Below, in pieces: positions 21,171 to 31,428 of a stretch of 64,000 nucleotides of DNA (positions within the stretch are counted from its first letter, which is position 1; the number at the start of each line of letters is the position of its first letter). The notes beneath the pieces were generated by a model. That model saw only the letters and a list, made by a program, of their open reading frames with translations, ran no database searches and was not told the origin of the DNA. Made by a program: the position numbers and the translations under genes. The stretch is from an uncultured Methanoregulaceae archaeon (lineage in GTDB: Archaea; Halobacteriota; Methanomicrobia; Methanomicrobiales; Methanospirillaceae): contig OY970343.1 of NCBI GenBank assembly GCA_963717525.1, positions 256,001 to 320,000 of the forward strand, written 5' to 3'.

Positions 21171-22426
21171 TCATCGTTTTTTTGCAAGAACCAGGATCGC
21201 AAGAGCGGCAAGGACAGGTATCCATGAAAATCCCGGTTCCGGGGCCGGTGTGGTGGCGGGGCCGGATTCATTCCCGGAAAACGCTGGTACGCTCCCTGTG
21301 GTAAGTGTCGCGACGAATGTTGTATTCTCCAGTACTGGCTGAACGGTGGTATTCTCACCTCCTTCTGCGCTGACCTGAGTTGCCGCGGACTGGTTGGCCG
21401 GCACGGTAAACTGATCCCGTGAAAAACCGTACACGTTTGAACTGTCGACCGCCACAACCAAAGAGCCGTCCCCGCTCACGGCTACCGACCGGGATTTACC
21501 GGGTTTTCGGTTGTTGCCTCTCCAAGCAGCGTGCCCTGCCGGTTGTATATATGGATCTGGTTATCGATACTCCCTGTCGCAATGGTGGATCCGTCATCGG
21601 AAATGCCTACGCTTGTTACCCAGTACCCGGCCTTTCCTGTCCAGAGGAGGTTGCCGTCCCGGTCTACGGCAATGACGGTGGAATCATCCCGCCCGGCAAC
21701 AATCGTCGATCCGTCCCCTGAGTACGCAAGGGAGATGATATTCCCGCCGGGAAATACCCGGTCCCAGAGGAGGGTGCCGCTGCCGTGGTACATCCGTATG
21801 TGGTTACCGTTGGGGATTACAATCCCGGTGCCATCACCGGATATCGCAACCGCCGCGGGATTGATTGAGTTGTCGTACCAGTTCGGGACATAACTCAGGT
21901 TGAAGCTTCTCAATGCCTGTACGGTGCAGACAATGATCTGGTCTTTTACCGGGGAGATTTTAATGTCCTGGACGGTCTCTGTGGTATTCTTCCCCAGGCC
22001 GGAACCGGAATTATACCAGGACTGGACGTACGTTCCCCCGCCGGCTACGATTATCCCCGCGTCCGGCGAGATGGATAACGCAGTAACGGTATCGCCAAGC
22101 GACTGCTGCCAGAGAAGGACCCCCTGCCCGGAGATGAGGCGCACGATCTGGCCCTGGGCCGCAATGATATACCCTCCATCTCCGCTGATGTCGAGAGGGG
22201 ATCCAGCCCAGCCTGCCCAGAGTTTCTGCCCTGAGGGAGAGATTGCGATCAACTGGTCCCCCCCGGCAATGATGATCGATCCGTTGTGCGCTACCGCCAC
22301 TGTGGACAACGTCTCACCCGGATTTGCGGGAATCGTCCAGAGCGGAGCAACTGCCTGTACGGCCGGTATGAATATGCAGAACAGGACGAGGATCCAGAGA
22401 AGCCGCGTTGGGGAGAGTGTGGACAT
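21171..22426 (-). CDS. Secreted beta-propeller (WD40/PQQ-like) protein with PGF-CTERM-like anchor (frameshift near 21485)
   Basis: Signal peptide, repeated .IS.DG..I..G / G.LLW blades; C-terminal PGFSWIPVLAALAILVLAKKR in the downstream frame. Confidence 0.8.
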
Positions 22427-22740
22427 TCCGATCAATGAACCGATGGTCAGTATCGGTTAAGAAGTCTCGCATCTGGCTTTGAATCCTGATATTAAATCAG
22501 ACCGGCAACGGGGGTGGGGGGTCGGGCGGTGTCTTTCAATTATACGGTGTAAAAAAGGATCCAGGCCGGGGAAATACCGATGCCTTCCGTTTCATTTTGG
22601 CTGGACAGGGTATTCCCGGGTTCGTGGCGGGAAATGCCCGTTTTGGTTGTCGATAAAACCACCCGACAAGAATCTCACCGGTTAAAAAGGATGGGGATAA
22701 AAAGGCCGCCCGACCCCGGAAAAAGAGGGCGTGAATGAGG

Positions 22741-23013
22741 TTAATGAGAATTGGAGTTTTCCGAAGCGCTCTCCTGTACAACTTTCCGGAGCAACGTGCG
22801 GAATTCCTCATCATGTTGCGCGAGGTTGAAGAAGATGCTTCTCATCGTTTCCGGCAACCGCTCGTTGTTCATGTCATAGAACTGGCAATAATAGGCGCAT
22901 GCGTCAATGATCACGTCCTCGCGGTTCAGGTACTTGAGCTTCGCAATGGTATCCAGCTTATCGACCAGCGCGGTGGGGATCTTCAACGAGACCGCAGTTT
23001 CGTCATAATCCAT
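22741..23013 (-). CDS. Ribbon-helix-helix (CopG-like) protein
   Basis: VSLKIPTALVDKLDTIAK....NREDVIIDA pattern. Confidence 0.7.
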   Translation of the reverse strand: MDYDETAVSLKIPTALVDKLDTIAKLKYLNREDVIIDACAYYCQFYDMNNERLPETMRSIFFNLAQHDEEFRTLLRKVVQESASENSNSH

Positions 23014-23172
23014 GATTTGAACTGTTCACTGTGAGGTTATGAAACTATTGCCGTGAGGGAAGGGAACCGGGCCGATCCTGCATACCTGTGGGAAGCGCAC
23101 AGTTCTCCCCGCCCAAGGAGACCGGTAATGCCGTGTAGGAACCCGTATATCCGATGAGTGTTTTTTAACATC

Positions 23173-24063
23173 ATGGATGATGCTCAGACCTGGTTCAAAG
23201 AGGGTGTGGCACTGTACGAGAAAGGCGATTACCGTCGTGCCACAGCGGCATTTGACAAGGCAATCGCCATCGATCCCACCATGGCGGAAGTGTGGAACAA
23301 CCGGGGGCTTTCTTTGATCCAGACCGGTGACTACCAGGATGCCCTCAAGTCCATCAATAAGGCATTATCCATCAATCCGTATTACGAAAATGCGAGGAAA
23401 GCAAAGAGGATCGTTCTTGGACTTGTAAAAGAACCGGGGACTGCTGATGGTGCATCAGGAGGATCAGCAGGGTTCCGCCAGCCACCGGTGCCTTCAGCAC
23501 CGGAAGGGAAGAGCTCCCGGGGCCTGACGATAGCCATTGTCGCGATTCTTGTTATCGCGGCGTGCGGGATGGTGATCGTGAAGGATATGCAGGGTACGGG
23601 CAGCATCCTGCCGTTTGCGACCCCGACGCCGACACCTGCCCCGACTCCCGTACCGACCCCGTTACCGACAGTTACCCCTGTCCCGACACCCACGGTGCCG
23701 GTGGTACCAGCATCCGGGGTCTGGGTGGAGATTACCTACGACCAGTACTACTCGGGATCCGTGGGAACGCCCAGCACCCAGCAGCAGCTCTCCGGGAGCC
23801 TGCAGATGAAACCGAACACCGGGACCCAGTTCTACCAGATCCCTCAAAATGACGGATTTATTACTGCATCGGTAAGAAAGAACGATGGGTCCGGCGATAA
23901 CCTGACCGTCAGTATCTACGTGGATGGAACGCTGGTCAAGACTACTTCAACAACAACACCCTATGGTGTCCTGGATGTCACAGCAGTCCTTCCACCAACC
24001 GGGGCGTCGCCCGTTGTTAACAATTCGGGATCCATAAACCTCCCGGCAGGCACCGGGGCATGA
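23173..24063 (+). CDS. TPR-repeat membrane protein with Pro/Thr linker and extracellular domain
   Basis: Two TPRs (WFKEGVAL..., VWNNRGLSL...), a TM helix and PTPTP repeats. Confidence 0.85.
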   Translation: MDDAQTWFKEGVALYEKGDYRRATAAFDKAIAIDPTMAEVWNNRGLSLIQTGDYQDALKSINKALSINPYYENARKAKRIVLGLVKEPGTADGASGGSAGFRQPPVPSAPEGKSSRGLTIAIVAILVIAACGMVIVKDMQGTGSILPFATPTPTPAPTPVPTPLPTVTPVPTPTVPVVPASGVWVEITYDQYYSGSVGTPSTQQQLSGSLQMKPNTGTQFYQIPQNDGFITASVRKNDGSGDNLTVSIYVDGTLVKTTSTTTPYGVLDVTAVLPPTGASPVVNNSGSINLPAGTGA

Positions 24064-24418
24064 CCCCTCCGGAGGTCTCGTTTCTCTACCAGAACAAGGG
24101 TGGGAGTGGCCGATCCTGCTAATGGGAGGGGGCGCTCATTTTCCGGAATCCCCAGCACGTGACCCGAACATTTTTAAAAATTATCAGCAACAGAGTGAGA
24201 CATTTTCCGGAATCCTCCACTGCCCGGCCGGACTTTTTCCTGTACTGGCGCAGGGTTCGTCCGGTCTCCGACGGTGTTTTTGATTATTATTGGTGGGTTG
24301 GCCGGTTTTGGTGCTAAACCGTATCGATCTTTTTTTGGAATCCTCAGCACCAGACCCGGACTTTTTCGGAAATTGTGGGGTCGGGCTGTATGCTCAGAAT
24401 TGTGTGATGGGGATATCG

Positions 24419-24565
24419 TAGGGGCTGTCGCCCTCACACCCCCACGCGAGCAGAGCCGCCGCCCCCGACGAGACAATTACCGGAGAATCACGACACCGGT
24501 AATCTGCCCAGCGAGGGCATGGCGAGGCGCCCGAGTGACTCCCTGCAGAGCAGGGAGGGGGTGAA
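24419..24565. repeat. Structured intergenic element related to the 5125 and 48696 repeats
   Basis: gggctgtcgccc hairpin, gccgccgccccc (reverse complement of the repeat's 3' end) and attaccgg...ccggtaat hairpin. Confidence 0.5.
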
Positions 24566-24752
24566 TCGCTAAACGGAAGAGTTGGGTGAAGAGGAATCTT
24601 GTGATGATGGAACGCCGTTCCAGGTACTTAAAGCTAAATCAGATTTGGATTATTTGTGTCATGAAGGATGTATAACAAAACAGTTCACATATAATTCGCA
24701 ATCTATTTTACCTCTCGAAAGAGAAATTACATCGAACTCAGAGAGAAACCGC

Positions 24753-26465
24753 ATGCCGCAAGCCGATACGATATCCATATTATGTGTCGATGACGAGCCT
24801 CTCTTCCTTGACGCCTTCTCGCAAAAACTTGGACAGGAGGATGGGTTTTCTATCGTCTCAGTGTCTAACGCAGCAGAAGCGCTGCGAAGCATCGAATCCA
24901 GTCATTTTGATGCCATTGTTTCGGACTATGCCATGCCGGAAATGGATGGCCTCGCACTGCTCCGGGAGATCCGGGCACGTGGTTACAAGACGGTCTTTGT
25001 GATGATGACTGCTAAACGGCTAGCCCACATTGCTATCGATTCGATAAATGCCGGCGCTGACTATTATTTCCAGAAGGGTGCAAATGTAGCCGAGGACTTT
25101 CCCAAGCTTGTCGATTTCATACGGAATACCGTCCCTGAGCGGAGCGCCGGAAGGCAAGTGCCGGAACAGGACCGGTTCTACCAGTCGATGATCGAAAGCG
25201 TAAATGATATCATCTGTCGTGTCGCTCCTGATGGCACGTTTCGTTTCGCGAACGAAGCAGGTCTCAGTTTCTTCAAATCATCTCTCAACGATATGCCGGC
25301 AGGTAATTTCTTTTCTTTTATTCCCGAGAGCGAACGCAAAGGCGTTCTCCTCGGTCTGCAGAAGCTCTCCTCTTCACAGCCCGATGTCCTCATGGAACAC
25401 CATATGGTGGGACTCGATGGAAAATCTGCTCTGTTACAGTTGAAGTACCACGCGCTTTTCACCGGCGGCAAGATTGCGGAATACCAGATCTCCGGCAGGA
25501 GCACCGAGGGATTGGTCCGTATCGGCCGCCCGGAACATATGGCAGAAGTCGCGCAGGTATCGAAGGCGCCACCAGCACCTGCTCCTGCACCAAAACAGGA
25601 AGAAAAAGTCCAGTGGAGTGGACTCGTGGAGAGCATCCAGTCCATCGACACGCCTGTCTTTGCCGTTGACAAGAATGGATGTATTATTGCATGGAACCGC
25701 GGGCTCGAAGAGCTGACGGGGATCCCTGCATCAGCGATGATTGGAAAAGGGAACAGTGCATACGCCATCCCCTTTTATGGCAAAGCAGTTCCGATGCTCA
25801 TCGACCATATTATCCGGCCGTCCATGACCTCTGGTGCCGACGTCAAGAAAATTGGGGATACCTATATCGGTGACATGGAACAGGTCGTTATAAAGGGGAA
25901 ACCGATGTTGTTATGGGGTAAGGGCTCCCCGGTTTTCGATGCAAACGGCAAGCTTATCGCAGCCATCGAGGCAGTTACTATAGGCGAACCCCCAAAAGGT
26001 GGAGTAGGAAAGGAAGAGTACCTTGGGGGTATATCGAGCCTTTCGCTTAAAGTTTCCGGAGAAGGAGTTGGTGGTGCAATCGCCGGGGCGATCGGCTCGT
26101 CGTCCGGGGGGTACGGCGTTTATGCCACCAATAAGCGAGTAATTATCATCCGCAACCCCGACCTTAATCCCGAGACTGGTCAAGGGGTCCAGTTCAGCAC
26201 GTTCATGATTGAAGAACTCTTTGGGTCAGTCGGGGATATACGCCAGAAATCTATCGATGATCTCGAGAAATTGAAGATCTTTGAGGCAGAGAAATACGCA
26301 ATAACGAGAATCGAACTGAAAAAACCGGTTCTGCTCTCCGGGTACCTGCATATCACGGCCGAGAACAATAGCTCCTTCAGGATCTATATTGATCACAAGA
26401 AGACATATGGCCACATTGAGCAGCTGATGAAATCGTTCCTCCCAGAAAAACTTCAGATCGATTGA
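24753..26465 (+). CDS. Response-regulator receiver + two PAS domains + unknown C-terminal domain
   Basis: ILCVDDE, IVSDYAMPEMDG, GADYYFQKG; PAS motifs (FRFANEA; FAVDKNGCIIAWNRGLEELTG). Confidence 0.88.
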   Translation: MPQADTISILCVDDEPLFLDAFSQKLGQEDGFSIVSVSNAAEALRSIESSHFDAIVSDYAMPEMDGLALLREIRARGYKTVFVMMTAKRLAHIAIDSINAGADYYFQKGANVAEDFPKLVDFIRNTVPERSAGRQVPEQDRFYQSMIESVNDIICRVAPDGTFRFANEAGLSFFKSSLNDMPAGNFFSFIPESERKGVLLGLQKLSSSQPDVLMEHHMVGLDGKSALLQLKYHALFTGGKIAEYQISGRSTEGLVRIGRPEHMAEVAQVSKAPPAPAPAPKQEEKVQWSGLVESIQSIDTPVFAVDKNGCIIAWNRGLEELTGIPASAMIGKGNSAYAIPFYGKAVPMLIDHIIRPSMTSGADVKKIGDTYIGDMEQVVIKGKPMLLWGKGSPVFDANGKLIAAIEAVTIGEPPKGGVGKEEYLGGISSLSLKVSGEGVGGAIAGAIGSSSGGYGVYATNKRVIIIRNPDLNPETGQGVQFSTFMIEELFGSVGDIRQKSIDDLEKLKIFEAEKYAITRIELKKPVLLSGYLHITAENNSSFRIYIDHKKTYGHIEQLMKSFLPEKLQID

Positions 26466-26730
26466 GAGATTCTGGATTCCAGTTCTGTGCTGGTGCTTCT
26501 GCAATTGTACTGCAAACCCTTTTGAATGGAACGTCTAGCGCTCGCCGCACATGCTGCCAAACCGGTCATACGATCATCAGAACCTTTTGTTTGAAACTTT
26601 TTATAATACATTTGAGTTCAAGAGCACCGCATGAAGTTACTTTCGGAAGTACTGGGTCTTGACAAATAGACTATTTTTGTTATATCAGTGAAGGATTTCA
26701 AAATAGAGCATTACACCATCGGTCTAGGAG

Positions 26731-26805
26731 TGCTGCTAAGGGGATTCGAACCCCTGTCGCGAGCGTGAGAGGCTCGCATGATTGGCCGGTCTACACTATA
26801 GCAGC
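26731..26805 (-). tRNA. tRNA-Glu(CTC)
   Basis: Cloverleaf GCTGCTA.../...TAGCAGC-A; anticodon arm CGAGC-CT-CTC-AC-GCTCG; T-loop TTCGAAT. Confidence 0.95.
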
Positions 26806-27021
26806 GTAATTGCCCACTAACATGGGCGATGGAGTTACTTAAAGTTTATCAGCCTTGCACCCGCCTTTTCAGGAGAGACGCAAACGAAGACTTACTTGGA
26901 AAGAGGGGCGATACAGCCAGTCTTTTCTTTATCCGGCCGTGCCCGGTTATTGGTGCTGTTCGGCTGCCGGTGCTTCCCCATAAACAAGTATATCCCGAAC
27001 GGGCATCGATTAATATAAGAA

Positions 27022-28137
27022 ATGGCTGGTAGTCTTGAAGAGCAGATAGCCGAGCTGGAAGCAGAGCTGACAAAGACTCCGTACAACAAGGCTACCTCCA
27101 AGCACATCGGGCGGATCAAGGCGAAGATGGCAAAACTTCGCGACGAAGCGGTCTTCCGTGCGATGAAGTCCGGCGGGGGCGGGGAAGGCTACTCGGTCAA
27201 GAAGTCCGGCGATGCGACTGCCGTTCTTGTCGGTTTCCCGTCTACGGGTAAATCCACGCTCCTCAACAAGCTCACCGGTACCGAGAGTGCGGTCGCCGCA
27301 TATGCGTTTACCACGCTCACCGTGGTGCCCGGCGCCCTCGAACACAAGGGTGCGAAGATCCAGCTGCTCGATATCCCGGGACTTATCGCCGGCGCCGCTA
27401 TGGGCAAGGGGCGCGGCAAGGAAGTCATCGGCGTCGTGCGGAGCGCCGACATCATCATCATCCTCGTGGACGTTTTCAACGGCAAACACGTCAACGTCCT
27501 CATCAAGGAGCTCTACGATGCGGGCATCCGGATCAACGTGCCAAAGCCCGATATCACCATCAAGAAGACCTCGGTGGGCGGTATCCGTCTCTCGGCGGTC
27601 GGGACACTCGACCTCGATATCGAGGACGTGCGGTCGATCCTCTCCGAGAGCAAGATGATGAACGCCGAAATCCTGATCCGCGGCAACGCGACCCAGGAAG
27701 ACCTCATCGATGCGGTTCAGGGAAACCGTGTCTACGTGCCGGCGTTCATCGCGGTCAACAAGGTTGATCTCATTGACAAGGAGACCTATCTTGATATCGA
27801 GCACGACATCAAGGACCGGTACGGTACTTCGCCCCTCATGATCTCCGCCCATTCCGGGTACCACATGGAGGAACTCAAGGATGCGATCTACGACTGCCTC
27901 GGGTTCATGCGCATCTACCTCAAGCCCCAGAGCGGTGACGCCGATCTCGAAGAGCCGCTGATCATCAGGATCGGGAGCACGGTCGAGACGGTCTGTACCA
28001 AGCTCCACCGGGACTTCGTGCGCCGGTTCCGGTATGCCCGGATCTGGGGGAAGTCCGTGAAGCACGGCGGCCAGCGGGTGGGCCTGTCGCACAAGCTGCT
28101 CGATGGCGATATCCTCACCATCATCATCGAACACTAA
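27022..28137 (+). CDS. DRG-family (OBG/TGS) GTPase
   Basis: GFPSTGKST, YAFTT, DIPG, NKVD; C-terminal TGS domain. Confidence 0.95.
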   Translation: MAGSLEEQIAELEAELTKTPYNKATSKHIGRIKAKMAKLRDEAVFRAMKSGGGGEGYSVKKSGDATAVLVGFPSTGKSTLLNKLTGTESAVAAYAFTTLTVVPGALEHKGAKIQLLDIPGLIAGAAMGKGRGKEVIGVVRSADIIIILVDVFNGKHVNVLIKELYDAGIRINVPKPDITIKKTSVGGIRLSAVGTLDLDIEDVRSILSESKMMNAEILIRGNATQEDLIDAVQGNRVYVPAFIAVNKVDLIDKETYLDIEHDIKDRYGTSPLMISAHSGYHMEELKDAIYDCLGFMRIYLKPQSGDADLEEPLIIRIGSTVETVCTKLHRDFVRRFRYARIWGKSVKHGGQRVGLSHKLLDGDILTIIIEH

Positions 28138-28233
28138 CTTATTTCTTCATCAAAGGAGGGACAGCGATTCCCGGAATGGTGTGCCAAGAGACACTCCGGG
28201 CCGCCTTTCTGTTTATGATCCGGCCATCCTTTT

Positions 28234-29382
28234 CTATTCCGGTAATCGTTCACGTTCCTGCGATTTCCACGGATCCCGGATGATCCCAAGGAGCACTTGG
28301 AGCGGGGCGTCGGTCTTTATCCCGGTCCCGGAGAAGTGGGTCCGGCTTGCGCCAAAGCCCGCGGAACGCAATCGCTCCAGCACCGTATCAACCGGGGGTG
28401 GCGAAACGGCAAGCGACCGGGCGAGGAGATGGTAATCATAGTGGCTGGAGAGGGGGAGTTCTTCCCGGCAGGTATCCAGGAGTTTTGCGAGATCCTTTTT
28501 TGTCCCGAGTTCAGTGCCGGCAAGCCGGTCCTGCATCTGCACCAGGATCTTATCGGAGAAAAGTTTTCCCAGGTACAGCGGTCCTATCGGGCGGAGCGGT
28601 TCGTCGCAGTACGGGCAGGTGGCGGATGCAGGTACCATCCCGGGCTGTTCCTCGCGGTAGGCACAGGACGGGCACTGCATCACAAACCCGATCCGGGCAA
28701 TGGTCCGGTCTGCAGCCTGGGCACCCCGGGTGAGCATGAGGTTAAGGCGTACAAAGTGCTCCCGGGCAAAGCAGAAGAGCGGTTCAATTCCCCGGTCGTA
28801 TTTCATCGTTTCCCTGACAACAAAACCAAGGAGGATACGGAGCCCCACCTCGGCGTGGTAGCCGGTGTTCGCCGGGCGTGCGAAGTACCGGCGGATACCA
28901 GCCTGGAGGTGCGCCCCGCAGAGCGGGGCAGTATCCGTTGCAGTTACGAGAAGGAACCTGCGACACCCCCGGATACCGGCATCGATAAAGGGCGCCGGAG
29001 TCCCGAACGGGTCGATATCGACCGCATCGAAGGACTGCTCGTAGAGCAGCGAGCATGCGTCCCGGCAGGTGACAGTGATCGGAAGCCCGGATCGTGCGAC
29101 GTTCTGCAGGATCAGAGGAATCGCCTCAGGGTCCTTGTCGTTGATGGTGACCGGGACCCCGCACTCGTTTGCCACCCGGAGTCCCCGGACACCGGTTGCC
29201 CCCATGGAATCGAGGTAATCGGAGGGTTTGAGTACCGAGAGGAGGAGGACCGTGGCGTCACGGTTGATCTCCATGCGCCGGTTGAAAAAGACCGGGGCCG
29301 TGCCGGGCGGGAATTGTTCCCGGTTGTCCTGGACCGGGACAAAAAACGTTGTTGTTCCTTCCGTTGCCGCGATAACGTCCAT
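28234..29382 (-). CDS. trm1: tRNA (guanine26-N2)-dimethyltransferase
   Basis: VFFNRRMEINRD, ATGVRGLR, DIDPFGTPAPF, TATDTAPLCG, SRTHF..TGIKTDAP. Confidence 0.95.
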   Translation of the reverse strand: MDVIAATEGTTTFFVPVQDNREQFPPGTAPVFFNRRMEINRDATVLLLSVLKPSDYLDSMGATGVRGLRVANECGVPVTINDKDPEAIPLILQNVARSGLPITVTCRDACSLLYEQSFDAVDIDPFGTPAPFIDAGIRGCRRFLLVTATDTAPLCGAHLQAGIRRYFARPANTGYHAEVGLRILLGFVVRETMKYDRGIEPLFCFAREHFVRLNLMLTRGAQAADRTIARIGFVMQCPSCAYREEQPGMVPASATCPYCDEPLRPIGPLYLGKLFSDKILVQMQDRLAGTELGTKKDLAKLLDTCREELPLSSHYDYHLLARSLAVSPPPVDTVLERLRSAGFGASRTHFSGTGIKTDAPLQVLLGIIRDPWKSQERERLPE

Positions 29383-29445
29383 TGCGGGAGAGATGTTGAA
29401 GCGCGTAAAACTTATACATATTCCCCTGCAATTGGTATGAGCAGT

Positions 29446-29520
29446 GGGCGAGTGGCTTAGTCCGGATAGAGCGTTAGCCTCCTAAGCTAATGGTCGGGGG
29501 TTCAAATCCCCCCTCGCCCG
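29446..29520 (+). tRNA. tRNA-Arg(CCT)
   Basis: GGGCGAG/CTCGCCC-G acceptor; TTAGC-CT-CCT-AA-GCTAA anticodon arm; A20 in the D-loop; TATA-like cttata about 30 nt upstream. Confidence 0.96.
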
Positions 29521-29635
29521 TCTACGCGATAGTATTTTCCTGTTCGATCGCTTCCCTCCCCTCCCCGCTGTATTGGCATAATCTTTTTTTTTAATAAAAA
29601 ACAGAAATATCCGGTATCACAACAAGAGGCGAATT

Positions 29636-30196
29636 GTGAAAACGGGTATTCTTTGTACGATCGCAATGCTTGGCATCATCAGCCTGATCTTTGTTGCCGG
29701 CTGCACAACCAGTACCCCCCCAACCTCGGGAACCCACGATTCTGCATATACCTCCGGCACCGGTAACGTTCCACCCGGCCAGGACACAATCGCCATGCTG
29801 GTGAACGGGACGTGCTCCTTCAATGCCTCAGTGTACCAGATCACGGCGAGTTCGTCCTCCTCCGGCAACCATAGGATAGATGTCTATGTTACGGCAACAA
29901 ACACCGGGACCTCCCCGGTCCAGCTGCGGTGGTTCAGCACCATTACGACTGCTGATGGCGCTTCATTTGGTGGCCCGTGGGTCTCTCATGGAGGGTACGG
30001 GGCAGAGACAGATCCCATCATGCCGGGAGGCTCGGAGACACCGCGGGATTACGTCACGATCGATTCCGACCAGGCGTACCAAGCATTACGTAGGGGAGCA
30101 ACGCTCCGGGTCGATTTTGTCACCGAACCTTCCGGGAACGAGTCCCCGGTCAGTTTCTCAACCACGTGGACGCTGAATCCTGCAGACTTCACCTGA
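29636..30196 (+). CDS. Putative lipoprotein with Ig-like (DUF4352-like) domain
   Basis: Lipobox-like FVAGC after a hydrophobic stretch; VTATNTG...I.PG.S pattern. Confidence 0.7.
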   Translation: MKTGILCTIAMLGIISLIFVAGCTTSTPPTSGTHDSAYTSGTGNVPPGQDTIAMLVNGTCSFNASVYQITASSSSSGNHRIDVYVTATNTGTSPVQLRWFSTITTADGASFGGPWVSHGGYGAETDPIMPGGSETPRDYVTIDSDQAYQALRRGATLRVDFVTEPSGNESPVSFSTTWTLNPADFT

Positions 30197-30302
30197 CCCA
30201 TTTCACCCGATTTTTTCTTTTCCGGTTCTTTGGTGTCGGCAAAATCCCTCTCACCGTGGCACGCAGGTTAATATCAGAACGGCCCGATACCGGATCCTGC
30301 GT

Positions 30303-31142
30303 ATGGGCCTTGCAGGATTTTTCAGGATCACCCGCCCGGCAAATTCGGTCATAGCCGGGCTTGCGGCGATTGTCGCATACCTTATCGCCACCGGTACGCT
30401 GGTGAACGGTGTCCTCCTGCTCATGGCCGTTGTCATCCTCATCACCGCCGCCGGGAACGTGATCAACGATTATTTTGACGCGGAGATCGACGCCATCAAC
30501 CGGCCGGAGCGTCCCATCCCCTCAGGTGCGATGAGCAGAAACGCAGCACTGGTCTGGGCCGGTATTCTGTTCATCCTCGGCCTCGCGGCCTGCATGTTCA
30601 CGACACCACTCTGCCTTGGTATCGCGCTCTTCAATGCCCTTCTTCTCGTCGTTTACGCGGCCCGGCTCAAAAGCACGCCTCTCCTGGGGAATATAGCAGT
30701 CGCGTATCTTTCCGCAAGCATCTTCCTCTTTGGCGGGGCGTTTGCCGGATGGCACTTGCTTGTCCAGGTACTCCCGATCGCTGTCATCACCTTCCTTGCG
30801 ATGCTGGCCCGGGAACTCCTGAAAGATGCGGAGGACATCGAGGGGGACCGGGCCGGTGGTGCGGACACCCTGCCCATCCGGATCGGTGTACAAAAAACCG
30901 CTCTTCTCGCCTTTATCTGTGCTGCAGCAGCGGTCACCGCGAGCGTGTTTCCGTATTCCTGGTGGGGTGTGTGGTATCTCCCCGGTATCGCCCTTGTCGA
31001 TGTTATCATCATCGGTGCGGCCGTAAAGGCACTTGGCAGCACGGATCCCGGCAGCCTGAAAGTGACCGGCTCGACAACACTTCTCAAGATCGGGATGTTT
31101 GCGTCCCTCGTGGTCTTTACGCTCTCTGCCGTTCTTTTATGA
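30303..31142 (+). CDS. Digeranylgeranylglyceryl phosphate synthase (UbiA family)
   Basis: ITRPAN, NVINDYFDAEIDAINRPERPIPSG, RELLKDAEDIEGD. Confidence 0.93.
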   Translation: MGLAGFFRITRPANSVIAGLAAIVAYLIATGTLVNGVLLLMAVVILITAAGNVINDYFDAEIDAINRPERPIPSGAMSRNAALVWAGILFILGLAACMFTTPLCLGIALFNALLLVVYAARLKSTPLLGNIAVAYLSASIFLFGGAFAGWHLLVQVLPIAVITFLAMLARELLKDAEDIEGDRAGGADTLPIRIGVQKTALLAFICAAAAVTASVFPYSWWGVWYLPGIALVDVIIIGAAVKALGSTDPGSLKVTGSTTLLKIGMFASLVVFTLSAVLL

Positions 31143-31197
31143 AGAGGGGCAAACGCACGGGTGACAGGCTTTGCACTTAATGTCACCTTTTGACCAG

Positions 31198-31230
31198 ACT
31201 TTAGGTGCAGACGCAAGACTTTAGGTGCAA
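31198..31230 (+). repeat. Left subterminal repeats actttaggtgca x2 (20-bp period)
   Basis: Copies start at 31198 and 31218; the motif resembles the TIR core. Confidence 0.85.
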
Positions 31231-31248
31231 GAATGAAATCCTTGCACT

Positions 31249-31425
31249 ATGGTAATAATCACCAAAGAAGGTGTTGATGGTAAGGTTTGTTCAACCTGCC
31301 ATGTTTGGAAACCACTATCAGAGTTCCCAACAGATCCGACTCATGGACCCAAACAAGGATTTAGACATTGTAGTTGTAGAGCATGTCATAGAGAAAAAAG
31401 CAGAGCACAGAGGCAAAACAAGTAA
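31249..31425 (+). CDS. 58-aa zinc-finger microprotein (transposon cargo)
   Basis: Manual translation MVIITKEGVDGKVCSTCHVWKPLSEFPTDPTHGPKQGFRHCSCRACHREKSRAQRQNK; CxxC-KPLSEF-...CxxC. Confidence 0.7.
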   Translation: MVIITKEGVDGKVCSTCHVWKPLSEFPTDPTHGPKQGFRHCSCRACHREKSRAQRQNK

Positions 31426-31428
31426 GGA

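Noticed and set aside
23615..23700. Short tandem repeats (ccgac.cc.) as a possible CRISPR or VNTR
   Set aside because: They encode the Pro/Thr linker of the TPR protein, with no constant repeat-spacer structure; I found no CRISPR array or cas gene in the window
27010..28134. 374-aa antisense ORF over the DRG GTPase, and similar long shadow ORFs (713-2113, 28297-29460, 35659-36759, 40306-41268)
   Set aside because: They are antisense shadows of well-supported genes in GC-rich, codon-biased DNA and have no recognisable motifs
31198..31250. 20-bp-period repeats as a mini-CRISPR
   Set aside because: Only two 12-bp units with 8-bp gaps, mirrored at the other transposon end; better explained as transposase-binding sites
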